64,000 nt of DNA from Bacteroidales bacterium (GCA_040903745.1 JBBDUV010000006.1:131775-195774), one strand, 5' to 3'; counted from the stretch's first letter, positions 1 through 10,222 are shown. Made by a program: numbers and translations. Notes: generated by a model from the letters alone, not told the origin.

Positions 1-115
1 GCCTGTTTTTTTGTATAAAGATGATCAACGAACTATAGGTAGCATCAATCGAAGCATCCAAGCTGTCAAATTTCAGTTAATTAGATTATTATGTTGTTTA
101 GCATGAGAAAAGATT

Positions 116-1543
116 TTACCGAAGTAACTCCTTTCTATTGGAATCAAGTTTTAGGAAAATAAACAGGAATATCGTAAATGCCAGCAGGGATGATCCGCCG
201 TATGAGAAGAAGGGCAGGGGTATACCGATTACTGGCAACAAACCAATGGTCATCCCGATATTTACCATAAAGTGTATGAGGATAACGGAGACAAGTCCAT
301 AACCGAAAACCCTGCTGAAATGTGAACGTTGTCTTTCTGCCAAAACAACCAGGCGGATGATAAGCAAAACAAAGAGCACAATAACAACCGAAGTGCCTAT
401 AAATCCCCACTCTTCACCGACAGTGCAAAAAATAAAATCTGTACTTTGTTCGGGAACAAACCGAAGTTTGGTTTGTGTGCCCTTCAAAAAGCCTTTGCCT
501 GCAAAGCCGCCCGAACCTATGGCGATTTTTGATTGATTGATGTTATAGCCGATTCCCTGCGGATCGTTTTCAATTCCCAGCGTTACATAAATACGCTGCC
601 GTTGATGCTCCTTTAGTATGTTTTTCATTGCATAGTCGACCGATACCACAAAAAGGATTGCTACAAACATAAAAATCAGCACTTTATAGAAACCTGAATT
701 TCGGCTTCTGACCGCGAAAACAAGGGTTACAAGACAAATCACCGCAAAACTTATCAATGCGATATCAAATAGCGAAATCCCAAAATCAGCAAAATGATTC
801 AGCCCATAAAGTGCTCCAAAAAAAACTGTTCCCGTCAGAAAAACAGCGAACCAAACCTTATTTGAAGTTGAGTTGATCCTTAAGAGAATCAGTGATATCA
901 GCCAAATTCCGGCGATTATGATGTTGTTATTAATGAGAAGGGTCAAAATAAACAGTATCAACAGGCTGGCTCCAAGAATCATCGTGTTTTGCGAGAATCC
1001 TTCCCGGTACAGTACAAGCAGAAACGCGAAATAAACCAATGTGGAACCAAGGTCGGGTTGTAACATAATCAGGAATGCGGGGGTGAATATGATTATACCC
1101 GTTAGCAGAAGGGGTTTCATGCCTTTTCGGAATGAGAAACCATGGGAAGTGAGGAGTCTTGCCAGTGCCAGTGCAGTAAATGGTTTGGCAAATTCTGCCG
1201 GTTGAAGATTGAATCCCCCCAGTGTAAACCAGGAACGGGCACTGTTGATTTCACGTCCGAATAGCAAGACAGCCATCAACATCAGTATTGTGATTCCATA
1301 CAGTGGATAGGCAAAAAATGCAAAAAATTTGGAATCAAGGATAAATATGATGATGATGAGAAGAATGGAAACTCCCAACCAGATCATCTGTTTTCCATAC
1401 CGTTGGGAGAAATCAAAAAACCGGCCGTCACCGCTAATATAATTTGCGGAATAGATGCTTAGAATTCCAAAAACAACAAGCAGTAACCATAGAAATATGG
1501 TGAACCAGTCGACATTTGCATAGATGTTATTTCTTCTGGCCAT
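116..1543 (-). CDS. rodA: Rod shape-determining protein RodA (SEDS family, FtsW/RodA/SpoVE)
   Basis: 475-aa polytopic membrane ORF with SEDS-type motif PEQSTDFIFCTVGEEWGFIG. It is the last gene of the mreBCD-mrdA-rodA cluster and its start overlaps the mrdA stop. Confidence 0.9.
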   Translation of the reverse strand: MARRNNIYANVDWFTIFLWLLLVVFGILSIYSANYISGDGRFFDFSQRYGKQMIWLGVSILLIIIIFILDSKFFAFFAYPLYGITILMLMAVLLFGREINSARSWFTLGGFNLQPAEFAKPFTALALARLLTSHGFSFRKGMKPLLLTGIIIFTPAFLIMLQPDLGSTLVYFAFLLVLYREGFSQNTMILGASLLILFILTLLINNNIIIAGIWLISLILLRINSTSNKVWFAVFLTGTVFFGALYGLNHFADFGISLFDIALISFAVICLVTLVFAVRSRNSGFYKVLIFMFVAILFVVSVDYAMKNILKEHQRQRIYVTLGIENDPQGIGYNINQSKIAIGSGGFAGKGFLKGTQTKLRFVPEQSTDFIFCTVGEEWGFIGTSVVIVLFVLLIIRLVVLAERQRSHFSRVFGYGLVSVILIHFMVNIGMTIGLLPVIGIPLPFFSYGGSSLLAFTIFLFIFLKLDSNRKELLR

Positions 1544-3378
1544 TACTCTTGTTCCTCTCCGTTTTTGTGTGTGTTACCCTTTAGAATATATTGCTTCAAC
1601 CATGCCCTCTTCACCTCCCCTGTCAGGTATTGTTCGATCATAAGGCTGGCGATGGGGGCTGCCCAGGTTCCACCGAACCCTTCATTTTCGACATAAACTG
1701 CAAGGGCAATTTTCGGATCATCTTTGGGTGCAAATGCAATGAAGATGGAGTGATCTTCTCCATGGGGATTTTCGGCTGTGCCGGTTTTACCGCAAACAAT
1801 GATATCCTGAATCCTGGCAATTCTTGCTGTCGAACCCTGTCCCCCGTTTACTGCAAGTTCCATTCCGTCTATGATGGGCTTATAGCGGGAGGAATCTATC
1901 GTAGTGAGATGCCTCTCACGGAATTTTTGATCGATCTCCTCTTTACCCTCAATTTGTTTTACCAGGTGAGGAGTATAATACCAGCCCCTGTTTGCAATTG
2001 CAGCGGTCATATTGGCCATTTGCAGGGGAGTATTCAGAAGCTCTCCCTGTCCGATCGCCATCGACAGGATGGTCAGGAAGTTCCATCGTCCTTTGCCGTA
2101 GATCCGATCATAATATGCCGCTGTAGGGATGTTGCCCTTTAGTTCATTGGTGAAATCTGAACCAAGCTTTTCCCCGAAGCCAAACGACATTAAATGGTCG
2201 CGCCAATGGTTGAAGGACGCTTCCGTATTTTCATAGGCCGGGTTTTCCATAATCCTGCGAAACACATTGCAGAAATAGGTGTTGCAAGACATTTGTATTG
2301 AGCCAACCAGCTCCAGCGGTGTAGGATGATTGTGGCAACCCACATGTATTCCCCGGTAGTAATAACCATAGTCACAATAGTAGGAGGTTGATGTTTGCAG
2401 CACTTCCTCTTGCAGACCAATGAGGGCGTTGATGGTTTTAAACGTGGATCCGGGAGGATACTGCGCCATCAGTGCGCGATTGAAAAGGGGGTTGAGCGTA
2501 TCTGCAGAGAGTCTGCGTATCGATTCTCCAAGGTTTCTTCCAATGAGCATATTGGGATCCACCGTGGGGGAGCTTACCATGGTCAGGATCTCCCCTGTAG
2601 CAGGCTCGATTGCGACAATACTACCGACAAATTTTTGCATCAGCTGTTCTCCGTATTCCTGCAAGTCTGCATCGAGGGAGATCATCATATTTTTTCCCAC
2701 CTTAACCGGCTTGTCGTACCTTCCCTCTTCAAAAGACCCGATGATTCTGTTGTGAACATCCTTCAGGTAGATTTTCAGCCCCTTTTCGCCCCGGAGAAAC
2801 TCTTCATACGATTTTTCGATTCCGATAACACCGATATAATCGCCCATGACATAATAATCGTTGGTTTCAATTATCCGCTTATCTACTTCACCGATGTATC
2901 CCAGAATATGGGAAGCGATCGGGCGTGCATATTTTCTGAGCATTCTGGTCTGCAGCGTAAATCCAGGATACTTATACATTTTCTCCTGGAAAAGGGCTGC
3001 CTTATCCATACTTACCTGTTTCATAAATACGGAGCTTGCGCGGTAGGAATAACTTTTTGCCCGTTGCAGCCTTTCCTGCAAACTTTCATGGGTGATCCCA
3101 AGGATTGTAATTAATTCGGTTGTATCAAATTCCTGTATATTGTAAGGTACTATCATGATATCATATGCGGCCTGATTCGATACAAGCAGCTCTTTATTCC
3201 TATCATAGATCAATCCCCTGGCGGGATACATTACCACATGGCTCTGCGAGTTGTTTTCAGCCGAAATCTTATAGGAGGTGTTGACTACCTGCAAATAGAA
3301 AAGTCTGATAATAAAAACCAGTCCAATGAGGATCGTAAAAACAATAAAAAAATACCTTCTGTTATCGTAAAAGCTCAT
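1543..3378 (-). CDS. mrdA: Penicillin-binding protein 2 (elongation transpeptidase)
   Basis: 611 aa with an N-terminal TM anchor. Transpeptidase motifs are present: STFK (PPGSTFKT), SCN (MSCNTYF) and KTGTA (CGKTGTAEN). It sits between mreD and rodA. Confidence 0.9.
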   Translation of the reverse strand: MSFYDNRRYFFIVFTILIGLVFIIRLFYLQVVNTSYKISAENNSQSHVVMYPARGLIYDRNKELLVSNQAAYDIMIVPYNIQEFDTTELITILGITHESLQERLQRAKSYSYRASSVFMKQVSMDKAALFQEKMYKYPGFTLQTRMLRKYARPIASHILGYIGEVDKRIIETNDYYVMGDYIGVIGIEKSYEEFLRGEKGLKIYLKDVHNRIIGSFEEGRYDKPVKVGKNMMISLDADLQEYGEQLMQKFVGSIVAIEPATGEILTMVSSPTVDPNMLIGRNLGESIRRLSADTLNPLFNRALMAQYPPGSTFKTINALIGLQEEVLQTSTSYYCDYGYYYRGIHVGCHNHPTPLELVGSIQMSCNTYFCNVFRRIMENPAYENTEASFNHWRDHLMSFGFGEKLGSDFTNELKGNIPTAAYYDRIYGKGRWNFLTILSMAIGQGELLNTPLQMANMTAAIANRGWYYTPHLVKQIEGKEEIDQKFRERHLTTIDSSRYKPIIDGMELAVNGGQGSTARIARIQDIIVCGKTGTAENPHGEDHSIFIAFAPKDDPKIALAVYVENEGFGGTWAAPIASLMIEQYLTGEVKRAWLKQYILKGNTHKNGEEQE

Positions 3379-3885
3379 CTATTTTCTGAAGATAAAAAAC
3401 TGACTCAGAATGATTATTGACGCGGTTAGGGCTGTGCTTAAAAAGGTGCGGAGAAAGGTAATGAAAAATTCGTGAAAGTGAAAAACTTCGATATAGAATA
3501 ACAGGAGATGGTGAAGGAAAGTGAGTACCAGGGTATAGGACAAAAACCAGCTAAATCCATAGTAGTGAATTCTTGGAAAACTGTCTGCTTCATATCCATC
3601 TCTCGGCGCAAAAATAGCGAGAGTCCAGGGGCGCATAAATGCCATGAAAACGGTTGCAGCGGTATGCATTCCCATTGTATTTAAGAACAGGTCGACAGTG
3701 ATGCCGAGCAAGAATGCACTCAGCAGTAGAAGCCACCTGGGCGTTTCAAAGGGCATTAACAGTATAAATATGATGTAGAAATAGGGGTTCAGGTATCCCC
3801 CCAGCATGATATTATCCAGTACGAGTACCTGTATTAGGATAATGACAAAAAACCGGATTATATTTCGGGCAAGTAATCGTGCCAT
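3379..3885 (-). CDS. mreD: Rod shape-determining protein MreD
   Basis: 168-aa hydrophobic multi-TM ORF directly downstream of mreC and abutting mrdA. The call rests on position and size. Confidence 0.75.
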   Translation of the reverse strand: MARLLARNIIRFFVIILIQVLVLDNIMLGGYLNPYFYIIFILLMPFETPRWLLLLSAFLLGITVDLFLNTMGMHTAATVFMAFMRPWTLAIFAPRDGYEADSFPRIHYYGFSWFLSYTLVLTFLHHLLLFYIEVFHFHEFFITFLRTFLSTALTASIIILSQFFIFRK

Positions 3886-3888
3886 ATA

Positions 3889-4698
3889 TTATATTGCAGA
3901 TTCTAGCTCCAGTTGTTCTTCCTGGAGTTTATTATGAATAATATTTACATGGAAAAGCCGCTGATAGTCTGTACCCAGCAAAATGTCTATTCGATAGAAG
4001 TTTCCATCTTTTAATTCGAATTGCCTGATGGTACCCACAAACAGCCCCTCCGGAAATACAGCTGAGTAACCGCTGGTTACAACAGTGTCACCTATTTCAG
4101 GTTCGGCATGATATGGAATCTCATTCAGGTTTGCCTGCCTGTGGTTCCTGCCTTCCCATTGCAGAATCCCGGAAAAATTATCTTTTTTAGTCTTTACGCT
4201 TAGCCTGAAATCGCGGTTAATTACCGGGATTATTGTAGAGAAATTGTTGGAGCTTGCCAGTACGATGCCGACGATTCCCTCTTCGCTGATTACTGCCATA
4301 TCTCCCTGAACGCCCTGTTTCTTTCCTTTGTTGATGGTGAGGTAATTGAATTGTTTATCATGGGTTTTTTGAACGATACGTGCCGGAATATAATCGTAGT
4401 CAGTATGCATTGAATCGGCAGGAACTGAATCCGGCCTGGCAGCTGCGAGGAGCTCAATTCTGTTCCTCAGTGATGCGTTTTCCCTGACAAGAATTTCATT
4501 GTTCTCCTTTAGATGGAGGTATTCCCGTCCCCTGGCAATCCGCTCATTAAGCCTGCCGGCGATCTCCCTGTTCATGTTTACAAGAATAGAATGCTGGAAT
4601 GAATTATGGTTACTGAGAAGTACAAGGGCAAGGGCTTCCAGAACAATGAAAACCAGTACATAATTGTACTTTTTAAGGAGCCAGAGCAGCGCTCTCAT
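3889..4698 (-). CDS. mreC: Rod shape-determining protein MreC
   Basis: 269 aa with an N-terminal TM, a coiled-coil segment (LKENNEILVRENASLRNRIELL) and a beta-rich C-terminal domain. It lies downstream of mreB. Confidence 0.85.
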   Translation of the reverse strand: MRALLWLLKKYNYVLVFIVLEALALVLLSNHNSFQHSILVNMNREIAGRLNERIARGREYLHLKENNEILVRENASLRNRIELLAAARPDSVPADSMHTDYDYIPARIVQKTHDKQFNYLTINKGKKQGVQGDMAVISEEGIVGIVLASSNNFSTIIPVINRDFRLSVKTKKDNFSGILQWEGRNHRQANLNEIPYHAEPEIGDTVVTSGYSAVFPEGLFVGTIRQFELKDGNFYRIDILLGTDYQRLFHVNIIHNKLQEEQLELESAI

Positions 4699-4716
4699 AA
4701 TTCAATGGTCTATCTT

Positions 4717-5736
4717 TTATTTCATCAGGAACGGAAATTTTCCCACGTTTTTCAGGGCGATCCCGGTTCCTCTTGCTACTGCCTGCAGTGGATCTTCAGC
4801 GATATGAAAGGGGATGGAGATTTTATCACTCAGTCTTTTGTCGAGCCCCCTTAGCAATGCTCCGCCACCTGCGAGATGGATTCCCCTAGCGACGATATCG
4901 GCATATAGTTCTGGTGGTGTCTGTTCAAGCACAGAGAGCACTGCAGTTTCTACCTTTGACAAAGATTTATCCAGACAATGGGCGATCTCCTGGTAGGAGA
5001 TTGGAATCTCGATGGGCATGGCAGTCATCAGGTTGGGTCCCCTGACGTTAAAATCGGCAGGTGGATCGGTCAGCTCCGGTAATGCAGATCCAACCTGTAT
5101 CTTTATCTCTTCAGCGGTTCTTTCACCGATCTTGATATTGTGTTGATGACGCATATAGGTCTGGATATCATTTGTGAATCCGTCGCCCGCGATCCTGATT
5201 GACTGGTTGCAAACAATCCCTCCAAGGGCGATCACTGCAATTTCTGTTGTACCACCCCCAATATCGACAACCATGCATCCGTCGGGTGCTTCTACATCAA
5301 GACCAATACCAATGGCGGCAGCCATGGGTTCATAGATCATATATACATCGCGGCCTCCTGCATGCTCTGCTGAATCGCGTACCGCTCTGATCTCTACCTC
5401 GGTGCTTCCGGAGGGAATGCAGACGACCATTTTCAGGGAGGGAGTGAAAAGTTTCTTTTTCTGGTTGATCATCTTGATCATCCCCCGGATCATCTGCTCT
5501 GCTGCGTGAAAATCTGCAATCACCCCATCCCTCAGGGGCCTGATGGTTTTGATGTTCTCATGGGTTTTGCCGTGCATCTGCCGTGCCTTCTCGCCAATGG
5601 CTATAAGCTTTCCCGTATGCTGGTCAATGGCTACGATAGAAGGTTCATTCACAACAACTTTGTCATTGTGTATAATGATCGTATTTGCTGTACCCAGGTC
5701 AATTGCCAGTTCCTGCTGAAATGAAAAAAATCCCAT
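4717..5736 (-). CDS. mreB: Actin-like rod shape-determining protein MreB
   Basis: 339 aa with the actin/Hsp70 phosphate-1 motif AIDLGTANT and DIGGGTTEIAV. The protein reads as typical MreB throughout. Confidence 0.95.
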   Translation of the reverse strand: MGFFSFQQELAIDLGTANTIIIHNDKVVVNEPSIVAIDQHTGKLIAIGEKARQMHGKTHENIKTIRPLRDGVIADFHAAEQMIRGMIKMINQKKKLFTPSLKMVVCIPSGSTEVEIRAVRDSAEHAGGRDVYMIYEPMAAAIGIGLDVEAPDGCMVVDIGGGTTEIAVIALGGIVCNQSIRIAGDGFTNDIQTYMRHQHNIKIGERTAEEIKIQVGSALPELTDPPADFNVRGPNLMTAMPIEIPISYQEIAHCLDKSLSKVETAVLSVLEQTPPELYADIVARGIHLAGGGALLRGLDKRLSDKISIPFHIAEDPLQAVARGTGIALKNVGKFPFLMK

Positions 5737-5751
5737 TTATCTTTTGTGTTA

Positions 5752-7275
5752 TTAATGCTTAAAATGTCTGAAACCGGTGACGACCATGCTCATACCGTTC
5801 TTATCGCAATAGTCGATCGAGTCCTGGTCCTTGATGGATCCTCCGGGCTGGATCACGGATGTTATTCCTGCTTTATGTGCAATTTCCACGCAATCGGGAA
5901 AAGGAAAGAAGGCATCTGAGGCCATGACGGCCCCACTGAGGTCAAAATTAAAGTGTTTTGCTTTTGCGATGGCTTGCTCAAGCGCATCTACCCTGGATGT
6001 TTGACCTACACCCGATGCGAGAAGCTGTTTTCCTTTTGCAAGCACAATGGCATTTGATTTCGTATGTTTTACCAGCTTGTTGGCAAACAACAGATCTTCA
6101 ATCTCCTGTTTTTCAGGCGCAATTTTTGTAACTGTTTTCAACTCTTCCGGGAGTTCTGTTTTAGCATCCCTCTCCTGTCCTATAAAGCCGTTGAGTACAG
6201 TGCGCACATTGGACGATTGCAGGGTACTTTCCTTCAAAACGAGAATGATCCTGTTCTTTTTTGCTTTCAGGATTTCGAGTGCCTTGTCGTCATAACCCGG
6301 AGCAATTGATACTTCAAAGAAAAGCTTGTTCATTTCGGTGGCAGTTGCAGCGTCAATCACCTTGTTGGCAATAAGGACACCTCCGAATGCAGAAACAGGA
6401 TCACCTGCAAGGGCATCTGTCCAGGCCTGCGCCAGATTATTTCGCGACGCGATGCCACATGCATTGTTATGTTTGAGAATGGCAAAGGTCGTCTCACTAA
6501 AATCGTTGATCAACCCCACTGCAGCATCGATATCAAGCAGATTGTTATAGGAGATCTCCTTGCCCCAAAGTTGGTCGAACATTGTATTAAAACTGCCATA
6601 GAAGTACCCTTCCTGGTGTGGGTTTTCTCCATAGCGAAGCTTTTTCGATTCCTGAACGCTGATTTTCAGCGAACTGCCGGCGCCACCATCAAAATAACTA
6701 AAAATCTCGCTGTCGTAATGCGATGAGATATTAAAAGCCTGCCGGGCAAAATCTTTACGGTCGTCGAAAGAGGTCTCTCCCTTTTTCTCTTCCAGCAAAG
6801 TGAGTAGATCATTGTACTGGTTCCTTGAAGAGACAACGACCACATCATTAAAATTCTTTGCAGCAGCACGGATCAGTGAGATGCCCCCGATATCAATTTT
6901 TTCAATAATTTCATCATCAGTAGCATTTGACATGACAGTTTCCTCAAACGGATAAAGATCAACGATGACCAGGTCGATCTGGGGAATTTCATATTCACCT
7001 ATATTTTTCCTGTCATCCTCATTGTCTCTGCGCGTAAGGATGCCTCCGAATACTTTTGGATGAAGTGTTTTTACCCGGCCACCAAGAATGGAGGGATACC
7101 CGGTAAGGGTTTCAACCGGGGTAACTTTTACCCCCATTTTTTCTATGAATTGCTGGGTTCCCCCGGTAGAGTAAAGCTCCACGTTCAATTCATCAAGCTT
7201 TTGTATGATCTTTTCAAGGTTGTCTTTATAGAAGACAGAGATCAATGCAGAACGGATTTTCTTTGATGTACTCAT
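5752..7275 (-). CDS. purH: Bifunctional AICAR formyltransferase / IMP cyclohydrolase
   Basis: 507 aa with an N-terminal MGS-like domain (ALISVFYKD...STGGT...GGRVKTLHPKVFGGIL) and the C-terminal end VIQPGGSIKDQ...TGFRHFKH. Confidence 0.95.
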   Translation of the reverse strand: MSTSKKIRSALISVFYKDNLEKIIQKLDELNVELYSTGGTQQFIEKMGVKVTPVETLTGYPSILGGRVKTLHPKVFGGILTRRDNEDDRKNIGEYEIPQIDLVIVDLYPFEETVMSNATDDEIIEKIDIGGISLIRAAAKNFNDVVVVSSRNQYNDLLTLLEEKKGETSFDDRKDFARQAFNISSHYDSEIFSYFDGGAGSSLKISVQESKKLRYGENPHQEGYFYGSFNTMFDQLWGKEISYNNLLDIDAAVGLINDFSETTFAILKHNNACGIASRNNLAQAWTDALAGDPVSAFGGVLIANKVIDAATATEMNKLFFEVSIAPGYDDKALEILKAKKNRIILVLKESTLQSSNVRTVLNGFIGQERDAKTELPEELKTVTKIAPEKQEIEDLLFANKLVKHTKSNAIVLAKGKQLLASGVGQTSRVDALEQAIAKAKHFNFDLSGAVMASDAFFPFPDCVEIAHKAGITSVIQPGGSIKDQDSIDYCDKNGMSMVVTGFRHFKH

Positions 7276-7441
7276 ACGTAATAGTTATGCCTGTTATTCA
7301 GTTCGTAAATTATGGAGTGGTGAATGTACCTAAAATATGCTTTTTCAGCAACTATTTATAAAGTTGAAAGTATTGTTTTATCTTGCATGAAATTCAGATG
7401 CAAAAATAGCAATCCTTTTTCGAGTTCCTAACATTGGTAGA

Positions 7442-7828
7442 ATGATTATTTTCAGGTTGTTTTATGAAAGTATAGCGATGGCATTTCAGACGTTTCGTGG
7501 GAACAGACTGCGGTCGGCCCTAACGCTGCTTGGAATTACCATTGGCATTTTTGCTATTATATCTGTATTTACAGCTGTCGATTCTTTTGAAATGAATATA
7601 CGTGAGAGTGTCTCTGCTCTGGGGGATGATGTTGTTTATATTCAGAAATGGCCATGGGGACCGGAAGAAGGTGCAGAGGAATATGCCTGGTGGAAATACC
7701 TCAACAGGCCATTGGTAACGCAGGAGGAGAATGATTATATCAGGCGGTATTCAAAACTTGCCTCCGAGTCATGCCTGGTTGCCACCTCCCGGAGAACGGT
7801 CAGATATTTGAACAACACAACTTTCTGA
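7442..7828 (+). pseudogene. Truncated MacB/FtsX-type ABC transporter permease (N-terminal fragment only)
   Basis: The 128-aa ORF has the MacB-type N-terminus (FRGNRLRSALTLLGITIGIFAIISV) and the start of the periplasmic domain, then stops. Full-length relatives are about 400 aa, and no remainder of the gene is visible downstream. Confidence 0.6.
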
Positions 7829-8067
7829 TCCATCCTCCGACTCTATGGACACCCTCTAATTAGAGCCTATCAATAGAGTCAGGTGTTTGAGCTAGAACCG
7901 AGCTTGCGAGCTCGACGAAGCCAAAACTGGATGTTTTTACCAGTGGCTTGCAAGAAGGCGTCAAGAGCAAGGCATGCGATGACTGAAAAGCAGGAGTTTA
8001 CCAAGCGTAAATGACTGTTTTGAAGTCGAGCATAACGCAGCTATTGACGTTTTCTTGCAGCCACTAA
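7829..8067 (+). other. Structured non-coding element of unknown identity (candidate sRNA or MITE-like palindrome)
   Basis: No ORF of 60 aa or more. Hairpins seen: 7839-7880 (gactctat/atagagtc with nested ctcta/tagag), a perfect cgagct-tgcg-agctcg at 7899-7914, and a ~125-nt imperfect hairpin at 7942-8065 with ~22-bp outer arms. Two G-T positions in the outer stem are wobble pairs only on the + strand. Confidence 0.3.
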
Positions 8068-9432
8068 TCAGATCAGAAAGACGTCGTATAATACCCTTCC
8101 CATCAGGAAATAAATAAAGAGGCCCATAATGTCGTTTGTTGTTGTGATGAATGGTCCGGTGGCAAGGGCCGGGTCGAGCTTCATTTTGTTGAGAACCAGG
8201 GGAATTATTGTTCCGAATATAGCGGCAAAGATAATTACTGCAAACAGGGAAAAACTTACTGTATAGGTAAGAGCGAGGCCCTCTTTCATAATTAGGTTAT
8301 ATGCCAGAAGCAGAGCGGATAGTATGAGTCCGTTCATGATGGCAACCAGAAATTCTTTCACCAGTTTCCTGAATGTGCTCTCCAGTCCGAGGCTGTTACT
8401 GGCGAGTCCCTGAACGATGATTGCCGATGATTGTATCCCTACATTTCCGGCCATGGCACCGATTAGCGGGATAAAAAAGGCCATCTCCGGATTCAGCTTA
8501 ATGTCTCCTTCGAAATTTGAGATCAATGCTGCGACCAACACTCCTCCTATCAATCCAATGATGAGCCAGGGGAGCCTGGCGCGTGAAAGTCGCAGAGGTG
8601 AGTCGGTGGTTTCCACATCTGAGGAGATACCGGATGCCATCTGGTAATCTTTCTCCGCCTCATCCCTGATTACATCTACGATATCGTCAATGGTAATTCT
8701 TCCCAGTAGTCTTCCTATGCTATCCACTACCGGTAATACTACCAGGTCATACTTCTCCATGATCTGTGCAACCTCCTCTGAAGGGGTATCTGTCCTGACA
8801 GACCTTACATCCTTTTCATAAATTTCTCTGATAATGGTGCTTCCGGTTGCCATGATCATGGCCTTCATCGAAACGATACCCTTGAAGATATTATCATCGT
8901 TCACTACATATACATAATAGAGCTCATCCACCTCCTCTGCCTGCTTGCGCATCTCTTTCAGACAGGTTGTGAGGTTCCAGGCTTCATTGACCTTGATCAA
9001 CTCCTTGGCCATCAGTCCACCCGCCGTGTTTTCGTCGTACGACAGCAAATCAACAATATCACCGGCCTGTTCAATATCCTTCAGATGCTTCAGAACTTCC
9101 TGTTTGACAGATTCATCCAGATCGGCCATCACGTCTGCAGCATCGTCGGAATCCATGTTGTGGATGAACTGACTTGCAATCTCCTCTGCCGGAAGTGCTT
9201 TCAGGAAACGTTCCCTGTCGTCCTCTTCCAGTTCCACCAGCACGTCGGAAGCTACTTCAGGATCCAGGATCATGTAGAGGTATTTCGCCTCTTCCATATT
9301 GAGCTCCTCATAGATCTCAGCAATATCAGCCGGGTGAAGCTCGCTCATCATTGCAAGAGCAGCCTTCTCATCCTTGGCTTCAATGATCGCCCTGAGTTCA
9401 CTGATATATTCCCTGGTTAGTTCCAGCTTCAT
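8068..9432 (-). CDS. mgtE: Magnesium transporter MgtE
   Basis: N-domain (PADIAEIYEEL), tandem CBS region and a C-terminal 5-TM domain (GNVGIQSSAIIVQGLA). The start is placed at MKLELTREY; the ORF extends to 9474, but that would overlap the rsmA 3' end. Confidence 0.9.
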   Translation of the reverse strand: MKLELTREYISELRAIIEAKDEKAALAMMSELHPADIAEIYEELNMEEAKYLYMILDPEVASDVLVELEEDDRERFLKALPAEEIASQFIHNMDSDDAADVMADLDESVKQEVLKHLKDIEQAGDIVDLLSYDENTAGGLMAKELIKVNEAWNLTTCLKEMRKQAEEVDELYYVYVVNDDNIFKGIVSMKAMIMATGSTIIREIYEKDVRSVRTDTPSEEVAQIMEKYDLVVLPVVDSIGRLLGRITIDDIVDVIRDEAEKDYQMASGISSDVETTDSPLRLSRARLPWLIIGLIGGVLVAALISNFEGDIKLNPEMAFFIPLIGAMAGNVGIQSSAIIVQGLASNSLGLESTFRKLVKEFLVAIMNGLILSALLLAYNLIMKEGLALTYTVSFSLFAVIIFAAIFGTIIPLVLNKMKLDPALATGPFITTTNDIMGLFIYFLMGRVLYDVFLI

Positions 9433-9454
9433 AGTTTTGCACTGATCGGATGAG

Positions 9455-10222
9455 CTACATCCTTGATTCAACAAAGTTCGTTAATGAGACAAAATCCTCA
9501 ACACCCAACTGTTCCGGTTTTTTCGACAACAGTTCATTTTCATCCCCCAAAGTTAGTAAAATTGTCCTTAAAGAGTTGCGTAACGTTTTCCTACGTTGAT
9601 TAAAGGCGGTCTTTACCACCCTGAAAAACAATTTTTCATCGCAACCCAATTTTTGCGTCTTGTTTCTGTTTAAAGTGATCACGGAAGAGGTAACCTTTGG
9701 GGGAGGGAAGAAAGAGCCTGGTTTTACATTGAACCTGAACCTGGTATCATAGTAGGCCTGAAGCAGTACAGAAAGTATCCCGTAAGTCTTTGATCCGGGG
9801 GGTGCAACAATTCGCTCCGCGACCTCCTTCTGTATCATACATACCACAGATTGTATGTACTGCCGCTGTTCCAGAACCCTGAAAAAAATCTGGCTTGATA
9901 TATTATAGGGGAAATTACCGATGATATGCAGGCCCTCCTCATGAAAGTGATTTTCGTCCATTTTTAGAAAATCTTCTCCGACTATTGTCTCCTTCAGCTC
10001 CGGATATTTTCGGACCAGATAATTTACTGATTCACTGTCGATCTCAACAGGTATAAGCTTTTTTATGTTCTCCCGGATCAGATAATAGGTGAGAATTCCT
10101 TTTCCCGGGCCAATTTCCATCACAATTTTCGCTTTATCTTCCGGCAATAATTTTACAACCCTTTCTGCTATGGAAGGATCGGTGAGAAAGTGCTGACCAA
10201 GATGTTTCTTTGGATAAACCAT
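9455..10222 (-). CDS. rsmA: 16S rRNA (adenine1518/1519-N6)-dimethyltransferase
   Basis: LGQHFLTD motif and SAM-binding EIGPGKGILT. The start is placed at MVYPKKHLGQHFL; the ORF extends to 10255. Confidence 0.9.
   Translation of the reverse strand: MVYPKKHLGQHFLTDPSIAERVVKLLPEDKAKIVMEIGPGKGILTYYLIRENIKKLIPVEIDSESVNYLVRKYPELKETIVGEDFLKMDENHFHEEGLHIIGNFPYNISSQIFFRVLEQRQYIQSVVCMIQKEVAERIVAPPGSKTYGILSVLLQAYYDTRFRFNVKPGSFFPPPKVTSSVITLNRNKTQKLGCDEKLFFRVVKTAFNQRRKTLRNSLRTILLTLGDENELLSKKPEQLGVEDFVSLTNFVESRM

Noticed and set aside
2395-3114. 239-aa + strand ORF antisense to mrdA. Similar long antisense ORFs occur at 1591-2142, 10914-11384, 38177-38647, 47287-47718, 49829-50419, 51393-51854, 53742-54362, 57487-57957 and 60278-60643.
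   Set aside because: Each lies fully inside a confidently identified gene on the opposite strand. They have low-complexity or Cys/Arg/Ser-rich composition with no recognisable motifs. These are typical shadow ORFs.
7276-7441. ZTP (pfl) riboswitch upstream of purH, and purine riboswitches in 54356-54632 upstream of purE/hpt
   Set aside because: I could not find the conserved cores, either the ZTP GGGUCGUGAC...CCGCCUGGGCA-type elements or the purine-riboswitch three-way-junction consensus. Only short generic hairpins are present.
7942-8065. Intrinsic terminator for mgtE or for the truncated permease
   Set aside because: The hairpin is far longer than usual terminators, and no U-tract follows it on either strand.
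7829-8067. M-box (Mg2+) riboswitch or 5' leader for mgtE
   Set aside because: The element lies at the 3' end of mgtE, which is on the - strand and starts near 9432, so it cannot be its leader. The real mgtE upstream spacer is only about 22 nt.
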